DNA of 64,000 nt, taken from assembly GCA_963774805.1 (NCBI GenBank), contig CAVZGK010000001.1, positions 58,610 through 122,609 of the forward strand. The letters run 5' to 3'. Positions 19,793 to 28,562 of this stretch are shown here, piece after piece. Position numbers and translations under genes: made by a program. The DNA comes from an uncultured Acidobacteriota bacterium (GTDB lineage: Bacteria; Acidobacteriota; Terriglobia; Acidiferrales; UBA7541). The stretch's first letter is position 1. The number at the start of each line of letters is the position of its first letter. Below the pieces are notes generated by a model. That model was given only the letters and a program-made list of their open reading frames with translations. It did not search any database and had not been told where the DNA came from.

Positions 19793-21115
19793 TTAGTCTG
19801 CAGCCGGTTTCGGCGCCGGCGGCGAGGGCTTCATGAACTTCGCATCCTCCACCGCAGCGTTAGCGTCCACCTGGGCCCACTTGTAGACGCGATTGCCTTC
19901 CGCGCTGACGACCCGGTTAGTGAATGCCACCTTGACGCCGCTGACGTCGCGGTAGTCCTCGTAAAAGGTTTCCTCAGGGAAGGAACCGATCACGCTCTGC
20001 ATCGTGGTGTAGGAGCGCAGGAGCAGGCCGGTTTGCGCATCGAAGTTGAGGCGGTCGAGAACAAGGAAGCCGTCCTTGCGCGTGCCAACCACACGATAGG
20101 TATCGCGGTCGCCGATTTTTTCCATGGCGTCGACCTGCACGTTGGTGTGATCTTCACGAAATTCGAGGCCTGGAAACTTTTCTCCGAGTTCAACCAGCAG
20201 GCGCAATTCATCCCCCGTATCTTCGCGGATCGGAGTGTTGTGCCAACCGATGGTTCCGTCATAACCCATGGACACCGTGGGCCGCCCCGGAAATGTCACG
20301 GAGAGGACGCCTTTCATGCCTTTGACGTAGTGCTCGGCAGGCACCGTGCCCATTGCCGGAGGCGGCGCGGGCGTTCCCGGAGGTCCGGGCGGCGGAGGCA
20401 CGAGCATGTCAGCGGTCCCTTTCAAGGACAGCGAAGTTACTTTTTCCAGCGCGGCCTTTCCGCCGAGCGCACGTTCATATTCGCTGAAGACGCTGGTTAC
20501 CGTAGGCAGCGGGGCGGGAGCGGCGGCTTCCGGTTTCGGCGCGGGCGCAGGGCCGGACATTACGGTTGCGGGCGCCTTGCCTGGAGACATCGCGGCATCC
20601 AAATTGGTGTAATTCTTCAGAGCCAGCGCGGGAAAAATTTCCAGGGCCGATTTTTCCTTCGGCATTTTATCGCCGGCCAGCAGCAGTGTGGATTCCGCTT
20701 TGGCTACGCCGCGATGGCAGGTGAAGCAGGTCACTTCGCGCTTGCCGTCAAACACCGTTTGATTGAGCGCCATGGTCATTTGAATCATGCTGCGCGCCAC
20801 GTGTTTCTCGCGTTTGTCATCGGAATCGAAATGGCCGATCACGTGGCAGTAGCCGCAGCCCACGCCCAGGGCCGTGGTGATGTATTCCATCGCCGGATGA
20901 ACCTGATCGGCGGGAATGCCCTTGAGCGCTTCAATCTTTTTGTAGAACTGGTCGGCGGTTTTGCCCTTCATGTCAGCCGCGAGTGGGGCGGGGTTGGGAG
21001 GCGCGGCCGGGGCTTGCGCGCGCAGGCCGGGCGCACCCAGGCCGAACGCGGCGATCGATAGCGCAAGAATTCCGAGACCTTTGGAAATTGTGCGGACGGA
21101 TAATTTCTTATGCAT
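19793..21115 (-). CDS. Secreted di-haem c-type cytochrome (photosynthetic-reaction-centre cytochrome-c-subunit-like N-domain) fused to a roughly 250-aa C-terminal domain of unknown function
   Basis: Signal peptide, then two CxxCH motifs (CGYCH, CFTCH) within ...ITTALGVGCGYCHV...REVTCFTCHRG. A Pro/Ala linker follows, then a beta-rich C-domain. Confidence 0.8.
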   Translation of the reverse strand: MHKKLSVRTISKGLGILALSIAAFGLGAPGLRAQAPAAPPNPAPLAADMKGKTADQFYKKIEALKGIPADQVHPAMEYITTALGVGCGYCHVIGHFDSDDKREKHVARSMIQMTMALNQTVFDGKREVTCFTCHRGVAKAESTLLLAGDKMPKEKSALEIFPALALKNYTNLDAAMSPGKAPATVMSGPAPAPKPEAAAPAPLPTVTSVFSEYERALGGKAALEKVTSLSLKGTADMLVPPPPGPPGTPAPPPAMGTVPAEHYVKGMKGVLSVTFPGRPTVSMGYDGTIGWHNTPIREDTGDELRLLVELGEKFPGLEFREDHTNVQVDAMEKIGDRDTYRVVGTRKDGFLVLDRLNFDAQTGLLLRSYTTMQSVIGSFPEETFYEDYRDVSGVKVAFTNRVVSAEGNRVYKWAQVDANAAVEDAKFMKPSPPAPKPAAD

Positions 21116-21363
21116 ACCTTTTGATTAACCTCCCGCGGATTTTAGTGCCGGACGCAAAAATTCGCGCACGCACCGGACGAGCGTCTTGTTAGTGGGGCTA
21201 ATCCTAAGTCATACCGGGGAGCAAATGCAATGCGGCGACCGCGGTTCCGGCCCCGCGCTGCGAGCTCGCGCTAGTGACTTTGGGGACCGTTTGGGTCTAC
21301 TCTGTCATCGCGATTTATGGTTTTGCAACATAGATGGATGTTTTCCCCTCCGGAGGGACGCCA

Positions 21364-23088
21364 ATGAAAATTCGCAGGGAATGTTTTGCAGGCCTCCAGC
21401 AATTCGGGATGCGATTTGCACTGGTGCTGTGCCTCAGTGTGCCGCTCGCAGTGATCCCGGCGCGTGCCGAGTGCAACGTGCCGGCACTGAACGCGCTGAA
21501 CATCCCGAATCTTACGGTCGTCTCCTCGACGATCGTCTCCGCCGCCGCGCCCAATCCCGCCTATTGCGATGTGAAGGGCACGGTCACCACCACCAGCGAA
21601 GGCGCCGAGGCAGGCAGCGCGAATTTTGAAGTCATCCTGCCGCAAAACTGGAATGGAAAATTCATATTTCATGGCGTCGGCGGGCTGGCCGGAACACTCA
21701 CATCTTCGGCGAATCCCGCCGATCAGGCGCAGTTCCTGGTGAAAGGCTACGCTACGGCCATCACGGACACGGGGCATCTGGTCGCCAATCCGACGTGGGA
21801 ATACACCGCGCCGCGCGCTCCAGACACGCCGAAAATCGTCGATTATTTTTATCGCGCCGTGCATGACGTGACGATTGCGTCCAAACTCCTCGTCAAGGCC
21901 TACTACCACACCGAGACGATTCGCCGTTCCTACTTTGACGGCTGTTCGAACGGCGGGAAAATGGGGCTGATCGAAGCCACCCGCTTTCCCGCCGATTACG
22001 ACGGCATCATTGCCGGTTCGCCGTGGCTCGATCCGGTGGGCACGTCGCTGTGGAGCGTAAAAAACATCAAAGCCCTGCTGGATGCTTACATTCCCGCGGC
22101 AAAATTCGATGCCGTCGCCGCGGCGATCCTAAAACAGTGCGACAAGGCTGACGGCGTGGCCGACGGCCTGATTCAAAATCCCGCGAAGTGCGCGTTCGAT
22201 CCCAGCGCGCTGGTTCCCGAAACGCTCACGCAGGCGCAGGCCAATGCCTTGAAAACCATCATGAGCCCGGTGCGCGATGAACAAGGCAAGCTCATTTACC
22301 CTGGCGCGTCCGTCGGAAATCTGGGCCAGGTGAACATCACCGTCCGCGGCGCGACGAATTACCTCGACGCTCCGCCGTCCGATCCTTCCTCTGCCAAGCC
22401 GTGGGGCGACTCCACTGTTCCGGCTAACTGGTCGCTGGCGCAAAACATTCTGATGAAAATCGGCTATGCCGATGCCGGCGCGGACATGAACAATTCGCTG
22501 GAATCCAATGGCGTGGTGAAAACGGAGGCGCTGAACCAGGTCTATTCCCGTCTTGCGGATGACATCCCTGACGATCCTGCAGCCTTCGGAGACTTTTTTT
22601 CCAAAGGCGGAAAGTTGCTGATTTACCACGGCTATGAGGATCTGATTATTTCTCCGTATAGCAGCATCTGGTTCTACGAGGATCTGGCCCAGGAAAATGG
22701 CGGCTATGCCAAAGTGCAGCAGCATGCCCGCCTTTTCATGGTTCCCGGCATGCAGCACTGCGTTTTGGGCTCGGGACCGAACTCGTTTGACACACTCACT
22801 GCGCTGGAGAACTGGACTGAGCGGGGCATCCCGCCCGATGCGATTCCCGCGACCCATTCCACAAACGACGTCGTCGACCGCACCATGCCGCTGTGCAAAT
22901 TTCCCGAAGCCGCGCATTACAAGGGTACGGGCGATCCGAAGAGCGCGGGCAGTTGGTCTTGCCTGGAAACGGACAAATCACTTTTGGCGGTCGGCCCGAA
23001 TGGGATTCAGGCCGGAGCGAACGCCACGCCGCCCGCGCGGATCAGCGCGCCGGCAAAGTTGATTTCCAAAAACGGGAGCGTGTTTTAG
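21364..23088 (+). CDS. Tannase/feruloyl esterase family alpha/beta hydrolase (secreted)
   Basis: GGAGGG RBS before the ATG at 21364, and a signal peptide. Family motif YFDGCSNGGKMG (G-C-S-x-G-G). The late Cys residues are consistent with the family's disulfide. Confidence 0.8.
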   Translation: MKIRRECFAGLQQFGMRFALVLCLSVPLAVIPARAECNVPALNALNIPNLTVVSSTIVSAAAPNPAYCDVKGTVTTTSEGAEAGSANFEVILPQNWNGKFIFHGVGGLAGTLTSSANPADQAQFLVKGYATAITDTGHLVANPTWEYTAPRAPDTPKIVDYFYRAVHDVTIASKLLVKAYYHTETIRRSYFDGCSNGGKMGLIEATRFPADYDGIIAGSPWLDPVGTSLWSVKNIKALLDAYIPAAKFDAVAAAILKQCDKADGVADGLIQNPAKCAFDPSALVPETLTQAQANALKTIMSPVRDEQGKLIYPGASVGNLGQVNITVRGATNYLDAPPSDPSSAKPWGDSTVPANWSLAQNILMKIGYADAGADMNNSLESNGVVKTEALNQVYSRLADDIPDDPAAFGDFFSKGGKLLIYHGYEDLIISPYSSIWFYEDLAQENGGYAKVQQHARLFMVPGMQHCVLGSGPNSFDTLTALENWTERGIPPDAIPATHSTNDVVDRTMPLCKFPEAAHYKGTGDPKSAGSWSCLETDKSLLAVGPNGIQAGANATPPARISAPAKLISKNGSVF

Positions 23089-23091
23089 TAG

Positions 23092-23115
23092 AACAGGCTT
23101 CAGCCTGTTGGTTTT
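23092..23115 (+). terminator. Rho-independent terminator of the tannase-family gene
   Basis: AACAGGC-TTCA-GCCTGTT followed by GGTTTT. Confidence 0.65.
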
Positions 23116-23177
23116 GATCGTGTCCGGCGCGAACGAATGCAGGCAAACTAAACAGGCCGCGGAAAACCCATAACGCT

Positions 23178-23260
23178 GTCATCCTGAGCGAAGCGAAGGG
23201 TCTCTCTTTTTTTGCTCGCACTTAGATCGAAGAGAGATTCTTCGCTTCGCTCAGAATGAC
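23178..23260. repeat. Palindromic MITE/REP-like element, copy 2 (outer arms extend to about 23159..23281)
   Basis: GTCATCCTGAGCGAAGCGAAGGGTCTCTC...GAGAGATTCTTCGCTTCGCTCAGAATGAC. Outer IR: GCGGAAAAC / GTTTTCCGC. Confidence 0.9.
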
Positions 23261-23298
23261 AAGATGGGACACGTTTTCCGCAACTCGTGAAGCCGGTC

Positions 23299-24102
23299 CT
23301 ACTGGGTCGGCGCTTTGCCTTCCGATTTCTGCTGCATGTCTCCGTAGGTTTCGTTGTCTTCGCAAACCATCTCGCCGAGAGTCCAGTCCGGCTTCAAATC
23401 GTAAATGGCGTGGCCGCCCCAGGGTTTGGTGTAAGCCTTGGGATCTTCGATCGTGGTGTCGATGGTCAGCGTATCGTGATTGACGCGGCGGATGCGTTCG
23501 ATCACGTGCAGATCTTCGGAATGGGGATGCCCGTCGTTATCCAGCCAGGTTTTATCGTTGAACCCAATCGTGTCCACCACCAGCGTGTCGCCATCCCACT
23601 TGCCGATGGAGTCGCCCATCCACGTGGGATTCGGATCGCTGGGATGCGGGCGCCCGTCGGTAAAAATATTGCGCACAAAATGGTCGTATTCAAAAATCAT
23701 CAGCACCCGCCCGGGCAGGTTGGCGATTTCAATCGGCTCGGCGCGCACGAGATAGACGCGGGGCACGCCCGGCGGCGCGCATTTCAGGATGGGATCATTC
23801 GATTCCGAAAGCGATACCGAGCGAGGACCGATCTCGGGTTTATTGGCGTTGAATTTTTCTTCGGCCCAGGGAGTCATCGATGGCTTCTCGCTGGTAATTG
23901 CGAATGCCAATTCGTAGATGGTGTACTTTCTCGCTTTGTCCGGGGCGCGCCGCGAACGCCTCCAGACTCCGGAGAGATCCGCCGGGGGAGGGGGCGTCTG
24001 CGCTTTCAGGGCGGATATTTTTGTCGTCTGGGCGGGTGCGGAGGGCGCCGATGCCAGCATCGCCGCGCCAGCGAGCATCACTGCCAGTACTCGAAAAAAC
24101 AT
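23299..24102 (-). CDS. Secreted uncharacterised protein ('X family', paralog of 11102..11794)
   Basis: GGGAGG RBS before the ATG at 24102. Signal peptide MFFRVLAVMLAGAAMLASAPSAPA. The conserved blocks are those listed for 11102..11794. Confidence 0.7.
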   Translation of the reverse strand: MFFRVLAVMLAGAAMLASAPSAPAQTTKISALKAQTPPPPADLSGVWRRSRRAPDKARKYTIYELAFAITSEKPSMTPWAEEKFNANKPEIGPRSVSLSESNDPILKCAPPGVPRVYLVRAEPIEIANLPGRVLMIFEYDHFVRNIFTDGRPHPSDPNPTWMGDSIGKWDGDTLVVDTIGFNDKTWLDNDGHPHSEDLHVIERIRRVNHDTLTIDTTIEDPKAYTKPWGGHAIYDLKPDWTLGEMVCEDNETYGDMQQKSEGKAPTQ

Positions 24103-24124
24103 TTCGCAGCCTCCCGGGAGACGT

Positions 24125-24523
24125 TTATTCCGCATAGTCTTCGCTGCGATCGATTACCGATTCCTTGCCGTTGGGAAAAACCACTTTGCGCAGGCGCATG
24201 ATGTGTGAGCCGCTCTTGGCCGCGTTGCCGACAAACGTAAGCTGGTCGCCCGGCTTGAACATGCTCTTGCTCCATCCGAGGCGGGACATGGCGGTCAGGC
24301 TGGGCGCTTCACCCGTCCATTTGTCGGCCTTGCCGTCGGTGCCAGTCACGTCAAAAATGATTTCCGTATGGGGATTCATGAAATGAAATTCGGTGACGGT
24401 TCCTTTGAACGTAGTCAGTTTGGTCGAGTCATAGACCGAAGCGCCGTGGTGCGCCAGGGCCGGGGCTGAGAGCGACACCACACAAACCACCAGCGCCACG
24501 ATGGCCAGAAAATTTATTTTCAA
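24125..24523 (-). CDS. Small secreted 'HHG' protein c (DUF6152-like)
   Basis: TTG start at 24523 preceded by GAGGTG. This gives (M)KINFLAIVALVVCVVSLSAPALA then HHGASVYDSTK...GTV.EFHFMNPH...GW.KSMFKPGD. The ORF-track start at 24685 would add about 50 non-signal residues. The stop lies 22 nt before the X-family start. Confidence 0.65.
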   Translation of the reverse strand: MKINFLAIVALVVCVVSLSAPALAHHGASVYDSTKLTTFKGTVTEFHFMNPHTEIIFDVTGTDGKADKWTGEAPSLTAMSRLGWSKSMFKPGDQLTFVGNAAKSGSHIMRLRKVVFPNGKESVIDRSEDYAE

Positions 24524-24644
24524 GGAACACCTCGCGATTGGCGCGACTATCCCATTAGCGAGCAGTGCTGTCAATGCAAAACGCGCGGCGGCATTTTGCA
24601 AAGTTCTTTCGGGATTTTGTTGCTCCATCGCGTGTGGGGCGGAT

Positions 24645-25346
24645 TTATTTGGAGGAGTTGTCCGCAGCCGGTGCTTCCGGCGCATCGGCCGGAGTTGGTC
24701 CGACGCGCTCCACGGCCACGTGCTGAATGTGCACAGGAGTTACGGGTGTGTCTCCCGGATCGCGCGGCACCTGCGCGATGGCTTTCACCACATCCACGTT
24801 TTCGCACTGGCCCCAGATCGTATATTTTCCGTTGAAGGACGGAAAGGCCGACTCGGTGATGAAAAAGTGCGTGTCATTCGTGTCCGGTCCGCTGTTGGCC
24901 ATTGCCAACCGGCCCGGCGAATCGAATTTTAGCGAAGGCGCAATTTCACTCTTGTAGGGAAAACCCGGCCCTTCCGGGTGCCCCACGCCGGTGCCGAGCA
25001 AGTCTCCGCCTTGAATCATCACGCCTGGAATCACACGGTCGAAAACCAGGCCGTCAAAAAATTTCTTGCGCTCCGTCTGCTTGGTTTCGGGATGAACGTA
25101 GGAAATTCTTCCGATGGCCAATCCCACCATCATGCGCACGGTCACCGGAGCTTCGGTTTCAAACAGCTTGCAGGAAATGTTTCCTTTGTCAGTTTCGAGC
25201 GTCCAGTAGAGCCCCGGCTTGCGCTTGTCGGCGGGCGTCGCGCGAAGGCCTGCCGGCCAGAGCATCGGGGACAGGATTATCGCTGCGATGAGGAGTACGA
25301 CAGAAGTTTTCTGGGACGGTTTACTTCGGATACCGATTGGATTCAT
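24645..25346 (-). CDS. Cyclophilin-type peptidyl-prolyl cis-trans isomerase (secreted)
   Basis: FDRVIPGVMIQGGD, THFFIT and the WGQ..G motif. An N-terminal hydrophobic signal follows the ATG at 25346. Confidence 0.85.
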   Translation of the reverse strand: MNPIGIRSKPSQKTSVVLLIAAIILSPMLWPAGLRATPADKRKPGLYWTLETDKGNISCKLFETEAPVTVRMMVGLAIGRISYVHPETKQTERKKFFDGLVFDRVIPGVMIQGGDLLGTGVGHPEGPGFPYKSEIAPSLKFDSPGRLAMANSGPDTNDTHFFITESAFPSFNGKYTIWGQCENVDVVKAIAQVPRDPGDTPVTPVHIQHVAVERVGPTPADAPEAPAADNSSK

Positions 25347-25460
25347 TTGCGGGTTTCCTCTACGCTCTCGGCGCGTTCCTTGCGGCAAGCTGAAGCGCGC
25401 CGCATGGAGTTCCGTAGCAATCACGGAGCATCGCGGGCGCAGCGCGCGATTGAAATCCTG

Positions 25461-26537
25461 CTATTTTTTCACGTATTTTTTTAGATCCATCGGGCCGACT
25501 TCCGCCCCGTATACATTTCCCTGGTGGTCGGCTGCCACGCCTTCCGCTGCGCTCGACGGGCCTTTCGGATCAGGGTCGGGAATAAACGCCGTCACCTTGC
25601 CGGTTTTCGCGCTGCCAATGCGGATGCCGCGCTTGCAGCCGGGATTGTAACCATAGCCGGGCTGGTCCGTGGACTCCGAGTCCGCCACATACATGGCGTC
25701 ATCCTTATCGACATCGATAAAAATCGCGCTGGGGCGGCCGAACTGCTTCCATTCGGTGATGTACTTGCCGTCCTGCGTGAAGATCTGAATGCGGTTGTTG
25801 GAGCGGTCCGCGACGTACAGCCGGCCTTTGGAATCCAAAGCCAGCGCATGCGGGCCGCTGAATTCACCCGGCGCCGATCCCAGCTTGCCCCATTCCTTGA
25901 TAAATTTTCCGTCCTTGGAGAATTTCATGACGCGCGCGTTCACTTCGGAGCCCGGCGGAGAACCGTGCCCATCGGCCACGAAAATATCGCCGTTCGGCGC
26001 AACGATCACGGCCGATGGCCGGTTGAACGTGTCCGGAGTATTTCCCGGAACGCCGGCTTTTCCGAGCGTCATCAGAATTTTTCCGTCCGGGCTAAACTTG
26101 AATACTTGATGGCCTTTTCCGTGTTTCCCGGCATCGTCCGGCGTAAGCATTCCGCCCACGCCGTCCGTAACCCACACGTTGCCGTCTTTGTCCGCAAAAA
26201 TGCCGTGAGGCAATAGGAACATTCCCGCGCCGAAACTGTGCAGCACCTTACCGGATGGATCGAACTCGAAAATCGGAGTGAGATCGGAACCGGCGCAAGT
26301 ATTTTTGCCGCAGCGGTCGAAGGTCCAGATATTTCCCTCCGGACTGATGCTTACGCCGGAAGTCGCGCCCCATTTTCGCCCGTCGGGCAGCGGAGCCCAT
26401 CCGGTGATGGTGCGGTAGGGATTCGGCAAATCATTGGCAGGGGGATAGCTTTTCTGGGCGCGCGCATTTGGGCTGAACGCCGCAAGGATCAGGAAGCCCG
26501 CCAACCACTGGATTTTTACGCACCGTCGATGGTTCAT
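25461..26537 (-). CDS. Secreted NHL-repeat six-bladed beta-propeller protein (peptidyl-alpha-hydroxyglycine lyase-like)
   Basis: Signal peptide, then repeated blades of the type G.F..P(H/S)(G/A)(I/L)A.D..G.(I/L/V)(Y/W)V(A/T)D. Confidence 0.75.
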   Translation of the reverse strand: MNHRRCVKIQWLAGFLILAAFSPNARAQKSYPPANDLPNPYRTITGWAPLPDGRKWGATSGVSISPEGNIWTFDRCGKNTCAGSDLTPIFEFDPSGKVLHSFGAGMFLLPHGIFADKDGNVWVTDGVGGMLTPDDAGKHGKGHQVFKFSPDGKILMTLGKAGVPGNTPDTFNRPSAVIVAPNGDIFVADGHGSPPGSEVNARVMKFSKDGKFIKEWGKLGSAPGEFSGPHALALDSKGRLYVADRSNNRIQIFTQDGKYITEWKQFGRPSAIFIDVDKDDAMYVADSESTDQPGYGYNPGCKRGIRIGSAKTGKVTAFIPDPDPKGPSSAAEGVAADHQGNVYGAEVGPMDLKKYVKK

Positions 26538-26552
26538 CGTTCCTCGTCCAAT

Positions 26553-27008
26553 CTACTTGCTCTCAATATTGACGGCGTAGTACGCGATGTTTTTAGTGGA
26601 GAGCTCTTTCCACCAGTGCGGCGTTTTAGCCGGGATGGTGATCACGTCGCCTTTGGTCAGATGGAAAGTTTCGCCGCCATCGATCGACGTCGCGGTCATC
26701 TGCTCGGCGTTGGTGCGCTTCGCGCCAACCATCGTGCCTCCGGTGATCATCGTGCCCTCGCCCTCCACAATGATGAAAATATGGTTGGTGTGCTCGTGAT
26801 ACTCCACGGCGCCGGCTTCGCGGCGATTCGCCAGGACCAGCAGGCCGGGGTCGTTGATGATCGGCCCGCCCTTGGCCATGACCGTAGCCACCTGGTCATG
26901 CGGAATGTAGTGAACGGCGGCCGGCACGCCTTCGCCGGTGGAAGCGGCGGAAGCGGCGAGCAGGCTGGTAGCCACGAGCAAAGCAGTTTTCACGACTGAA
27001 AATTTCAT
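26553..27008 (-). CDS. Secreted cupin-domain protein (tandem paralog 1)
   Basis: Signal peptide. Cupin motifs EYHEHTNHIFIIVEGEG and GDVITIPAKTPH. It shares GG.(M/V)VG.KRTN....TSIDGG with the next gene. Confidence 0.75.
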   Translation of the reverse strand: MKFSVVKTALLVATSLLAASAASTGEGVPAAVHYIPHDQVATVMAKGGPIINDPGLLVLANRREAGAVEYHEHTNHIFIIVEGEGTMITGGTMVGAKRTNAEQMTATSIDGGETFHLTKGDVITIPAKTPHWWKELSTKNIAYYAVNIESK

Positions 27009-27045
27009 AGTGTCCTCGCTCCTGGTTCGGATTGTGTTCGCCGCG

Positions 27046-27609
27046 CTACTGCATTTCGCTGGCGGGCCGCGGTATGTGCAGCGTCATCAGCACTAAGGGG
27101 CCGCCGCTGGGCTTGAACTGGTGCGGAGTGCCCTCGGGAATAATCGTGAAGTCTCCCTTGTTGATTGCCTGCGCCGTTCCGCCGTCGATGGATGTGCCCG
27201 AAAGATTTTTAGGATTGGTGCGTTTTTCACCGACCACCTTTCCGCCCGTGGTCAACGTGCCGGTGCCGTCAATAATGTAAACCATCTCCGCTTCGGTTTC
27301 ATGCACGGCCACCGCGCCCTCCACGGGCCGGTATTCCAGATTGGCGATGTACGGGGGCAGGGAAAGAATGTGTTCGGCAACCATCACTTGGCCTTCCTTG
27401 TGTTCTGCCTTGGCCTTGGCCAGCAGCGCCTGCACGTCCGCTGCGGAAGAGAAAATTTTCATTGCCGAAGCATCCATCTGCGCGGCGGGCGCCTGAGCGG
27501 ACGGCAATGCCGTCGGTTGTGCTCCCGCCAGGTTGAGCGCCGGCTTTCCCGCCATGGTCATCGCCGCCGCTGTAAGTGCCAGCACCAAACTGAGTCCCAG
27601 AGTGCGCAT
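27046..27609 (-). CDS. Secreted cupin-domain protein (tandem paralog 2, with an N-terminal extension)
   Basis: Signal peptide. AVHETEAEMVYIIDGTG, GDFTIIPEGTPH. Confidence 0.75.
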   Translation of the reverse strand: MRTLGLSLVLALTAAAMTMAGKPALNLAGAQPTALPSAQAPAAQMDASAMKIFSSAADVQALLAKAKAEHKEGQVMVAEHILSLPPYIANLEYRPVEGAVAVHETEAEMVYIIDGTGTLTTGGKVVGEKRTNPKNLSGTSIDGGTAQAINKGDFTIIPEGTPHQFKPSGGPLVLMTLHIPRPASEMQ

Positions 27610-27813
27610 GCATTCCTCCGTTTGCCCGGCCGTCGCCGGGATTTCATCTGAAAATGTCCAAGTCCTGACACTTATACACCGCCAGCCGCCGTTGGAGAAT
27701 CCAAATCGGCGGGCGGCCCGCGTGTCGCGCCGAAGCGCCGTTGTTTAGCAGGGAAATGCTATGCGCCGAGGCCATCCCAGCGTACTATTTCACGGAATTG
27801 ATCCGACGAACGC

Positions 27814-27822
27814 GGGGGGGGG
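27814..27822 (+). repeat. G9 homopolymer occupying the ribosome-binding region of the next gene
   Basis: cgcGGGGGGGGGatctacATG. Nine consecutive G residues end 6 nt before the ATG at 27829. Confidence 0.95.
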
Positions 27823-27828
27823 ATCTAC

Positions 27829-28179
27829 ATGGTGAAATTACTGGCACACTGGATTCTGAGCGCGCTGTGCTTGCTCCTGGTGGCGCATTTTGTTCCCGGA
27901 TTTATCGTCACCGGCTTTGGCACGGCGCTGATCGCCGCGCTGGTGATCGGCCTGGTGAACGGCACGATCGGAATGCTGCTGAAGATACTGACGTTTCCGC
28001 TGACCATCCTGACCTTTGGAATTTTCTGGCTGGTGATCAACGCGCTGATGCTGAAGTTCGCGGCGATCTTCGTGCCCGGGTTCGTCGTGGTGGGTCTGTG
28101 GCCGGCGTTTCTGGGCGGGTTGATCCTCAGCGTCCTGAACATGATTGTGCGACATTTGCTGAGGTCTCGCGACGCTTAA
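27829..28179 (+). CDS. Small 4-TM membrane protein, phage-holin-4_2/DUF360-like
   Basis: 116 aa: ...LVAHFVPGFIVTGFGTALIAALVIGLVNGTIG.LLKILTFPLTILTFGIF.LVINALML... Confidence 0.75.
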   Translation: MVKLLAHWILSALCLLLVAHFVPGFIVTGFGTALIAALVIGLVNGTIGMLLKILTFPLTILTFGIFWLVINALMLKFAAIFVPGFVVVGLWPAFLGGLILSVLNMIVRHLLRSRDA

Positions 28180-28232
28180 TCGGCGCGTACTTCGGACTGC
28201 GGCCGTGTGGCGGCACCTTCGTTGCGGAATCT

Positions 28233-28562
28233 TCAGTAATCTTCGACAGGTTTTCGACTGAAAGGCGAGCGAGGCGTTCGGGGGGCGCGGGCAGTCCGGT
28301 AATCCTCAAGCTCCGCGTTGCTTACGGCGAAGTGCGTTTCCGGAGGATGATTCGCGTAAGTGGCCAGTTCCCGGCGCAGCTTGCGCGAGCAGACGTCCGG
28401 CGCGTCCTGAATGCTTAGCAGGCGTTGGTTGAAGGCAACCGTGGGAATGGTTACGGTGAATTCGCGAGGTTCGCTGGCCGTCTCTCGCACTGTGAACGTG
28501 TATTCGCGGACTTCCGCCTTCACTTCGTAGCCTTGGAATTGCACAATGGCTTCCTGGCTCAC
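28233..28562 (-). CDS. Hypothetical protein (109 aa), translationally coupled to the upstream gene
   Basis: The GTG start overlaps the upstream stop (GTGA). Coding-like composition. No family recognised. Confidence 0.55.
   Translation of the reverse strand: MSQEAIVQFQGYEVKAEVREYTFTVRETASEPREFTVTIPTVAFNQRLLSIQDAPDVCSRKLRRELATYANHPPETHFAVSNAELEDYRTARAPRTPRSPFSRKPVEDY

Noticed and set aside
19664-21061. 465-aa ORF on the plus strand, and similar long antisense ORFs: 54796..56319, 3290..4417, 35275..36333, 32055..33188, 49310..50410, 44568..45503, 54038..55027, 50305..51267, 58451..59428
   Set aside because: Each lies antisense to, or out of frame with, a CDS that has clear family motifs. Their translations are Arg/Gly/His/Ala-rich with no motifs. 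These are typical shadow ORFs of high-GC DNA.
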